A stretch of 20,175 bases of DNA from Candidatus Gilichinskyi gelida (GTDB lineage: Bacteria > Acidobacteriota > Thermoanaerobaculia > Gp7-AA8), in contig JBBPII010000026.1 of NCBI GenBank assembly GCA_038040385.1, positions 1-20,175 on the forward strand. The letters run 5' to 3'. This document shows positions 14,311 to 20,175 of this stretch, piece after piece. Both the position numbers and the translations under genes were made by a program. Position 1 is the first letter of the stretch, and every line of letters begins with the position of its first letter. The notes under the pieces were generated by a model. The model saw only the letters and a program-made list of their open reading frames with translations. It was not told where the DNA came from and did no database searches.

Positions 14311-14697
14311 ATGGCGGTCGAAATCATCGGCGTACACCACAACGAAGCCGAAATTGTCGTCGACGGCCAAAAATACTTCGTCCCCTTCGTCCTCCTCGGC
14401 AACCGCGTCCAGTTCGCCTTCGACGGCGAGATATACACCGTCGACATCCCGGAGCGCGGCGTGCGGCTGCGGGCGAGGCATCACGACCACTCGCTCGAGG
14501 CGCCGATGCCGGGATTAGTACTAAAAGTACTATTTGGCCCGGGCGATGCGGTCGAGAAGGGGGCGCCGCTCATCATCCTGGAGGCCATGAAGATGGAGCA
14601 CGCCATCCTCGCGCCGCGCGACGGCGTCATCGCCGCGGTGAATTGTCGCGAGGGGGAAATGGTTCAACCGGGAGTGGATCTGGTGACGATGCGATGA
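14311..14697 (+). CDS. Biotin-attachment domain protein resembling the isolated C-terminus (BT-hook plus BCCP) of a biotin-dependent acyl-CoA carboxylase alpha subunit
   Basis: 128 aa. The biotinylation motif EAMKMEH is preceded by SLEAPMPGLVLKVLFGPGD and by an N-terminal ...VVDGQKYFVPFVLLGNRVQFAFDGEIYTVDIPE segment typical of the region just before the BCCP domain in MCC/PCC alpha chains. An in-frame TAA at 14299 prevents any upstream extension. Confidence 0.7.
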   Translation: MAVEIIGVHHNEAEIVVDGQKYFVPFVLLGNRVQFAFDGEIYTVDIPERGVRLRARHHDHSLEAPMPGLVLKVLFGPGDAVEKGAPLIILEAMKMEHAILAPRDGVIAAVNCREGEMVQPGVDLVTMR

Positions 14698-15632
14698 GAA
14701 TCCCCGTCGACAGCGTGAAGATCGTGGAGGTCGGCCCCCGCGACGGCCTGCAGAACGAGAAGGTCGTCATCCCCGTGGAGGTCAAGGTCGACTACATCAC
14801 CGCGCTCGGCGACGCCGGCCTGCGCGTGATCGAAGCCGGCGCGTTCGTCAGCCCGAAATGGGTGCCGCAGATGGCCGGCACCGACGAGGTCTACGCCAAC
14901 ATCCCGAAAGACCCGGGCGTCGAGTATCCGGTGCTCGTGCCGAACATGAAGGGCCTGGAGCGAGCCATGGAAGCCGGCGTGACGTCGATCGCCATCTTCA
15001 CCGCCGCGTCGGAGACGTTCAACAAGCGCAACATCAACATGTCGATCGAGGAGTCGTTCGAGAATTACGCGCCGGTCGCGATACGCGCGCGCGCCGAGGG
15101 TATGCGCGTGCGCGGATACGTCTCGACCGCGTTCGGCTGCCCGTACGAGGGCGAGATGGCGCCGGAGAAAGTCCTCGAGGTCAGCGCGCGCCTGCTGGAC
15201 CTGGGCTGCTACGAAGTCTCGGTCGGCGACACCATCGGCGTCGGCACACCGATGCAAGTGCAGGGCGTGATCGGCATGCTGCTGCAGGTGATCCCCGCCT
15301 CGAAGCTCGCCATGCACTTCCACGACACCCGCGGCACCGCGCTGGCGAACTCGCTCGCGGCGCTGGAGATGGGAATCGCGACGTACGACGCGGCGTCGGG
15401 CGGGTTGGGCGGCTGTCCGTACGCGCCCGGCGCGTCCGGAAACCTGGCCACCGAGGATCTCGTGTACATGCTCGATGCGATGGCCATCGAGACCGGCGTC
15501 GACATCAAGCGCGTCGTCGCCGCGTCGCAGATCATCGCGCCGTATCTCGACCACCCGCTGCCGGGGCGCTACCTGCAGGCGTGCACCCGCGCCGGCGCGC
15601 AGGTGGCCGCGGGGACCTCTGCCGTACAATGA
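14694..15632 (+). CDS. Hydroxymethylglutaryl-CoA lyase
   Basis: From Met18 of the ORF-track entry: MRIPVDSVKIVEVGPRDGLQNE, ...GVTSIAIFTAASETFNKRNIN..., HFHDTRGTALAN, GGLGGCPYAPGASGNLATEDLVYML. The ATG overlaps the upstream stop (ATGA at 14694-14697). Confidence 0.9.
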   Translation: MRIPVDSVKIVEVGPRDGLQNEKVVIPVEVKVDYITALGDAGLRVIEAGAFVSPKWVPQMAGTDEVYANIPKDPGVEYPVLVPNMKGLERAMEAGVTSIAIFTAASETFNKRNINMSIEESFENYAPVAIRARAEGMRVRGYVSTAFGCPYEGEMAPEKVLEVSARLLDLGCYEVSVGDTIGVGTPMQVQGVIGMLLQVIPASKLAMHFHDTRGTALANSLAALEMGIATYDAASGGLGGCPYAPGASGNLATEDLVYMLDAMAIETGVDIKRVVAASQIIAPYLDHPLPGRYLQACTRAGAQVAAGTSAVQ

Positions 15633-15635
15633 AGC

Positions 15636-16058
15636 GTGCCTGAAGCACCGCGGTGGGAGAACGGCTGGTTTGTAGTTCCCTGGCAAGTCATCTTCCGCGA
15701 CGTCGACACCTTCGGCCACGTCAACAACGCTGTCTACCTCACCTACTTCGAATGGGCCCGCGCGCAGCTCTGGTTCGCGCTGAACGGCCTGGAAGGCGCG
15801 CCCACCGACATCGGCTTCATCGTCGCCCGCGCCGAGATCGACTTCATCCTGCAGATCGCCATGGAGCCGATCGAGGTCCGGGTGCGGATTTCGGAAATGC
15901 GTAACACGTCGTTCGACACCGTGTACGAGCTCCGCCTCGCGGACGGCAGGCTCGCGGCAACCGGCAAGGTGGTGGTCGTCCTGTTCGATTGGAAGAACCA
16001 GCGGAAAACGCCGATCAGCGACGAGCTGCGGCGGAAGGTTGAACAATGCGCGTCCTGA
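15636..16058 (+). CDS. Acyl-CoA thioesterase, hotdog fold (4HBT/YbgC-like)
   Basis: The GTG start lies 3 nt after the HMG-CoA lyase stop. VIFRDVDTFGHVNNAVYLTYFEWARAQ... matches the 4HBT family pattern. Confidence 0.7.
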   Translation: MPEAPRWENGWFVVPWQVIFRDVDTFGHVNNAVYLTYFEWARAQLWFALNGLEGAPTDIGFIVARAEIDFILQIAMEPIEVRVRISEMRNTSFDTVYELRLADGRLAATGKVVVVLFDWKNQRKTPISDELRRKVEQCAS

Positions 16059-16891
16059 CGCATCCAGCAGTGGCCCGGCGGCGGTTCGTGGAGATCGCGC
16101 GCACGCCCGACCGGCATCTCGATCTGGTCGAAGGGTCGCTGGTCATCGCGCTCGAAGACGATCCCGGCGTCGACATCGACCGCCACCTCGGCCACATCAA
16201 CGATTGGAGCAGGGCGGTGCGCGACCGCCTCGAAGGCTCGCGCGACGTGGAGCGCATCGTCGAGGCCATCAACCGCGTGCTGTTCGACGAGGAAGGCTTC
16301 CACGGCGAGGACGAGGACTACTACGACCCGCGCAGCGCGTTGATCTCCGAGACCCTCGACAAGCACGCCGGACTGCCGATCTCGCTGTCGGTGCTGTACA
16401 TCGAGATCTCCCGGCGGGTCGGGGCCGAGGTGTCGGGCGTTTCGCTGCCGGGGCGCTTCCTGGTCAAGTTCTCCGGCGCGTTCGGCATCGTGGTCGTCGA
16501 CCCCTTCGACGGCGGGCGGGTGCTGTCGAACGTCGAGCTGCAGAAACTGCTCGACGGCGTCTACGGCGGCGGCGTGCGGCTCCGCGAGCATCACCTCCGA
16601 TCGTTCTCGCCGAAGGCGATCCTGGCGCGCGAGCTGGCGCATCTGAAGTCGGCGTATCTGGCGCAGCACGATCTGGCGCGCGCGGCCGCGTCGATCGACC
16701 GCCTCCTCATCCTCGACGAGAACGACGCGTACGAAGTGCGCGACCGTGCCGCGGTCGCCGTCCAGATGCACGCGTACCGCGAAGCGATCGAGTGTCTGGA
16801 GCGCTACCTCGCGCTCGTCCCCCACGCCGACGACGTCATGCGCGTGCGCGAGCAGATCGTGTGGCTAAGGGCCTGGTTTGAGCAGAATTGA
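16046..16891 (+). CDS. Transglutaminase-like / SirB1 (YchA) N-terminal domain protein with a C-terminal TPR-like region
   Basis: 281 aa. ...GLPISLSVLYIEISRRVGAEVSGVSLPGRFLVKF... matches the SirB1 transglutaminase-core-like fold, and the C-terminus is helical and repeat-like. Its start overlaps the thioesterase end by 13 nt. Confidence 0.6.
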   Translation: MRVLTHPAVARRRFVEIARTPDRHLDLVEGSLVIALEDDPGVDIDRHLGHINDWSRAVRDRLEGSRDVERIVEAINRVLFDEEGFHGEDEDYYDPRSALISETLDKHAGLPISLSVLYIEISRRVGAEVSGVSLPGRFLVKFSGAFGIVVVDPFDGGRVLSNVELQKLLDGVYGGGVRLREHHLRSFSPKAILARELAHLKSAYLAQHDLARAAASIDRLLILDENDAYEVRDRAAVAVQMHAYREAIECLERYLALVPHADDVMRVREQIVWLRAWFEQN

Positions 16892-16924
16892 TACACTCCT
16901 GGCTCGGACCGAACTGCCGGAGCG

Positions 16925-17638
16925 TTGCCCGTGATCACGGGATTCAATACCGACATCAAGCACAACGACAAGGTCTACCACATCCAGACCGAAGATAAGG
17001 GTTTGCAGAACCCGTACATCGAGAGTCTGGTGTACGTGGGCGGCGAGATCCTCGCGTCGAAGAAGACTTCGTACGCCGAGCAGGTCAAGAGCGGCGTCGA
17101 CGAGAAGTGGATCGGCAGCCTCATGGAGCAGCAGCACCGCACCATGATCGCGGCCATCAAGCGGGGGCGCTTCGACGGGCCCGCCGATCCGACCAAAGTG
17201 GGTGCGCCGCGCCCCACCGTGCAGGTTCCCCATCCCGCCGAGGGGGCCGCACCGGCCGCCGCGGTCAGCGACGGCGAAGAGAAGACCCTCGACCAGGTGA
17301 TCATCGACTACCTGGCGTCCGAGGCGGAGAGCGAGCACCTGGAGCTGTCGGTGCTGAATGCCACGGAGTTCTATTCGGGCACGCCGGTCGAAGTGCGGGT
17401 GGCGACGAAGAAGAGCCTCTCGCAGAACCCCATCGCCGCCGCGGCCATCGAGGTGAAGGTGATCTCGACGGTGGAGCCGCCGCGCGTGATCTTCCGCGGC
17501 AAGACCGCGGCCGACGGCACCGCGGTGGTGCGCTGCACCATCCCCTCCTTCCGGGAAGGTACCGCGGCGGTGATCATCTCCGCACAGAGTCCGATCGGGA
17601 ATGATGAGGTGAAGCAGTTGGTGAAGCGCAAAAAGTAA
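16925..17638 (+). CDS. Hypothetical protein with no domain I can recognise
   Basis: A 237-aa ORF starting at TTG, with an alternative GTG at 16931. Codon usage is typical of the genome. N-terminus ITGFNTDIKHNDKVYHIQTEDKG. There is an Ala/Pro-rich linker, and the C-terminal half looks beta-rich. Confidence 0.55.
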   Translation: MPVITGFNTDIKHNDKVYHIQTEDKGLQNPYIESLVYVGGEILASKKTSYAEQVKSGVDEKWIGSLMEQQHRTMIAAIKRGRFDGPADPTKVGAPRPTVQVPHPAEGAAPAAAVSDGEEKTLDQVIIDYLASEAESEHLELSVLNATEFYSGTPVEVRVATKKSLSQNPIAAAAIEVKVISTVEPPRVIFRGKTAADGTAVVRCTIPSFREGTAAVIISAQSPIGNDEVKQLVKRKK

Positions 17639-17669
17639 CTGGCTTCACCCCTGCATTTCCCCACCCGCA

Positions 17670-20093
17670 ATGCGCCGCAACCGCCTCCTGCACGCCCTTC
17701 TCTGCCTCGCCGGACTGGCGGTGGTGACGTTCAGCATCATCAGCCTCTACGTCCCCTCGCCGCGCTGGATGATCCTCGGCGTGAACAAGAAGTCGGGGAA
17801 AGTGCGGGTGGTGGCGCAGCACATCACCTTCCTCCCGCCCAACCAGTTCTACCGGCTGAAGTTCGAGAAACGGAACGGGTGGGCGCAGCGCGATGGGCTG
17901 ATTCGCATCACCTCCCAGGAGGGGGTACCGGTCACCGTGAACTACCGCCTGCGCTTCGGCGTCAAGGCGGGCAAGCTCCCCGACGCGCAGCGCATCGTCA
18001 ACGAAGGCTTCAACGCCTGGATCCGGCAGCGGGTGTACGAGGCCGTCTCCGCGGTGGCCTCGAAGGTGCCGATCGAAGAGCTGCTCTCGCCGACCTCGCA
18101 GTTCAACGCGCGGCGCGATCTGCTCCGCACCACGGTGGCCAACCACCTCGGGAACGTCGGGTTGAACGTGACGGGATTCGAGATCGCGCGCATCGCCGCC
18201 GACCGCGACGCGCTACTGCAGGTCAAGCGCGCCGAGCTGCGCCGCGACGCCCGCAGCGCGTCGTCGCGCGTCGCCGTCTTCGCTCTCGACGGCGCGGACT
18301 GGGATCTCATCCGCGAGCTGATCATCGACGGCCGGCTGCCGAACATCGCGGCGCTCAGCTCCGGCGGCGCCAATGCGTCGATGCAAACCATTCAGCCGAC
18401 GGTGTCGCCGATGGTGTGGACCACCGCGGCCACCGGCCTCACCCCCGACCGCCACGGCGTCATCGACTTCATGGACCGCCAGCATCACACTCCGATCGAC
18501 GCGTACTCCCGCCGCGCCCCCGCGCTGTGGGACATCGCCGACGCCTTCGGCCGCAGCGCGCTGGTGAGCGCCTGGTGGACGGCCTGGCCGCCGGGGCCGC
18601 ACACCACGAGCATCTTCTATGACGTGCCGGTCGTGCCGATCCACGACGCGGCCTTTCCGCCGGAGGTCGCGCCGCGCGCTGACGCGCTGGACGTTCCTCC
18701 GCAAACCATCGAATACGCGCAGGCACGCCGCTTCCTCAACATCAACGAGAACGAGTGGAGTAAAGCGCTCGGCGATCCGAACGATCCCATCACCATCTTC
18801 CGCACCGTACTGGCCAAGACGTGGAGCGATCACCGCGTGTCGATCAACCTCTACAACGACGAGCGGCGGCGTGGCCGCGATCCGCAGCTCCTGATGATCG
18901 CGTACGAAGGGACCGACACCGTCAATCACCTCTTCGGCCCCTTCCATCCGCCGTACCGCGATGGGGTTTCGAGCGAGGACTATCGGAAGTTCTGGCCGTC
19001 GGTCGCCAACTACTACGCGGAGATCGATCGCCTGATCGGCGAGTGGATGGGAGTCCTGCCGCGCGACACGACGGTGATCATCATGTCCGGTTACGGCTTC
19101 CGCTGGGAGGACCACCGGCCGCGGGTGATCCCCACCGGCCGCGCGTCGCTCAGCGATCATCGGAATCCCGGCATGTTCATCGCCTACGGGCCGCACACTG
19201 CGCCGGGGCGCGGGTACGCCATGTCGGTCTACGACGTCGCGCCGACGGTGCTCACGCTCCTCGGCCTGCCGAAATCACTGGAGATGCCGGGTCGGGTGGC
19301 CACCTGGGCGTTCCGCGACATCGTCCCGATCACCTCCGTGCGGGTGATCAGCTATGGCGAGTTCGCCGGCGAGCGGCCGATGGCCACGAACGCGCGAATG
19401 GATCCGAGGGAGTATCAGCGGACGCTCCTGGCCATCGGACATCTGAGCGATCCGTCGCGCAATCTCGCGCCGGCGCTCGAGGACGAGGAGCAGCCGCGCG
19501 TGGCGCACGCGCTGCCGCCGGAGAAGTGGGCGGCGTACGCCGCCGCCAACAACGCCGCCGTGCAACTGCGCGGGCAGGGGAAGCTGAAGGAGGCGACGGA
19601 GGGCTTCCAGCAGGCCATCGAGCTCAATCCCACCCGCCCGGCGCCCTTCCTGAACCTGGCCATGGTGCTGTTCGACCGTCAGGCCTACACCGACGCCGAC
19701 GCCGTCTTCCTCGAGGCAGTGAAGAGAGGGCTGCCGAACGCCGAGCGGTGGTTCGTCGACTTCGCCGCGCTCTATCGCGAGCGCAACATGACCTCGCGCG
19801 CCATTTCGCTGCTGGAGAAGGGACGGGAGCTGTTCCCGCAATCGCCGCTGATCGCCGCGAACCTCGGCTCCGCGCTGGTGGCCGCCAGCCGCTACACCGA
19901 GGGAGTGCCGGAGTTGGAGCGGGCGCTGGGGATGCAACCGTCGTCGACGATGGTGCTCAACAACCTCGGACTCTTCTACTCCAAGCGCAACGACTACGGC
20001 CGCGCGCTCGACTATTGGAACCGCTCGCTGTCGATCGAGCCGCAGCAGCCGCAGATCCGGGAAGCGGCGATGGCGGCGCGGTCGCGGCTGTAG
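17670..20093 (+). CDS. Membrane-anchored multidomain protein: an N-terminal TM helix, an SPFH/band-7-like domain, a type-I phosphodiesterase/nucleotide pyrophosphatase (AlkP superfamily) domain, and C-terminal TPR repeats
   Basis: 807 aa. TM LLHALLCLAGLAVVTFSIISLYV. SPFH-like VPVTVNYRLRFGV...NVTGFEIARI. NPP/AlkP motifs VAVFALDGADWDLI and TIQPTVSPMVWTTAATGLTPDRHGVIDF. C-terminal TPRs ...AIELNPTRPAPFLNLAMV...LERALGMQPSSTMVLNNLGLFYSKRNDYGRALDYWNRSLSIEP. Confidence 0.8.
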   Translation: MRRNRLLHALLCLAGLAVVTFSIISLYVPSPRWMILGVNKKSGKVRVVAQHITFLPPNQFYRLKFEKRNGWAQRDGLIRITSQEGVPVTVNYRLRFGVKAGKLPDAQRIVNEGFNAWIRQRVYEAVSAVASKVPIEELLSPTSQFNARRDLLRTTVANHLGNVGLNVTGFEIARIAADRDALLQVKRAELRRDARSASSRVAVFALDGADWDLIRELIIDGRLPNIAALSSGGANASMQTIQPTVSPMVWTTAATGLTPDRHGVIDFMDRQHHTPIDAYSRRAPALWDIADAFGRSALVSAWWTAWPPGPHTTSIFYDVPVVPIHDAAFPPEVAPRADALDVPPQTIEYAQARRFLNINENEWSKALGDPNDPITIFRTVLAKTWSDHRVSINLYNDERRRGRDPQLLMIAYEGTDTVNHLFGPFHPPYRDGVSSEDYRKFWPSVANYYAEIDRLIGEWMGVLPRDTTVIIMSGYGFRWEDHRPRVIPTGRASLSDHRNPGMFIAYGPHTAPGRGYAMSVYDVAPTVLTLLGLPKSLEMPGRVATWAFRDIVPITSVRVISYGEFAGERPMATNARMDPREYQRTLLAIGHLSDPSRNLAPALEDEEQPRVAHALPPEKWAAYAAANNAAVQLRGQGKLKEATEGFQQAIELNPTRPAPFLNLAMVLFDRQAYTDADAVFLEAVKRGLPNAERWFVDFAALYRERNMTSRAISLLEKGRELFPQSPLIAANLGSALVAASRYTEGVPELERALGMQPSSTMVLNNLGLFYSKRNDYGRALDYWNRSLSIEPQQPQIREAAMAARSRL

Positions 20094-20150
20094 GGGCGCG
20101 CAGCAGCGCGCCCGCAGCTCCCGGGGTGCCGGGCGCGCTGCTGCGCGCCC
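20094..20150. terminator. A perfect 21-bp GC-rich hairpin immediately after the stop of the 807-aa gene
   Basis: gggcgcgcagcagcgcgcccg (20094-20114) pairs perfectly with cgggcgcgctgctgcgcgccc (20130-20150). The 15-nt loop cagctcccggggtgc contains ccc/ggg. It starts 1 nt after TAG 20091-20093. There is no clear U-tract, so it may be a terminator, an RNA-stability element or a REP-like element. Confidence 0.45.
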
Positions 20151-20175
20151 CAAAATACCCTCATCCCCTCAACCC

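Overview
This is a high-GC bacterial chromosomal window, judged by eye, with mostly AT-poor codons. It is densely packed with about 25 protein genes and one structured RNA, and no rRNA, tRNA, CRISPR array or transposase is visible.

Core genes that can be recognised directly from their protein motifs:
- the 5' part of an ABC-transporter ATPase, read off the edge of the window
- a GxxExxY-family protein
- the YchF GTPase/ATPase
- a tmRNA (ssrA), not listed in the ORF track, convergent with ychF
- NadC
- a sensor histidine kinase and an OmpR-type regulator
- CysK
- an adenylyltransferase-rhodanese fusion (MoeZ/MoeB), with YqeY upstream on the same strand
- PyrE
- HMG-CoA lyase, followed by a hotdog thioesterase and a SirB1-like transglutaminase/TPR protein

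Accessory and signalling content:
- a REC-GGDEF diguanylate cyclase, with a stand-alone Hpt protein converging on it
- a CBM9/DOMON-like protein
- a secreted LVIVD-repeat beta-propeller
- a secreted PDZ protein
- a secreted CAP/SCP-domain protein whose start overlaps the cysK stop (ATGA)
- a VapB/VapC (PIN) toxin-antitoxin pair, with operator-like repeats over the vapB start
- a 237-aa protein with no recognisable domains
- an 807-aa membrane protein combining SPFH-like, type-I phosphodiesterase/nucleotide pyrophosphatase and TPR modules

Observations for follow-up:
- a 128-aa biotinyl-domain ORF that looks like the isolated C-terminus of a methylcrotonyl-CoA carboxylase alpha subunit. It is fused by an ATGA overlap to HMG-CoA lyase and lies directly behind a 74-nt palindromic element, so it may be a rearrangement remnant.
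- three short AT-rich, rare-codon islands inside otherwise GC-rich genes. One of them carries a TTGTCA-N15-TATTAT promoter-like motif inside the histidine kinase, upstream of the regulator gene.
- a structured 137-nt kinase/regulator spacer holding two hairpins with identical GTCTC loops and a 13-nt direct repeat.
- two perfect GC-rich hairpins, 18 bp and 21 bp, at gene ends.

I found no clear defence island or mobile element. Of these, the carboxylase remnant behind the palindromic element and the AT-rich codon islands are the ones I would follow up first; the signalling cluster is unusual but built from known parts.
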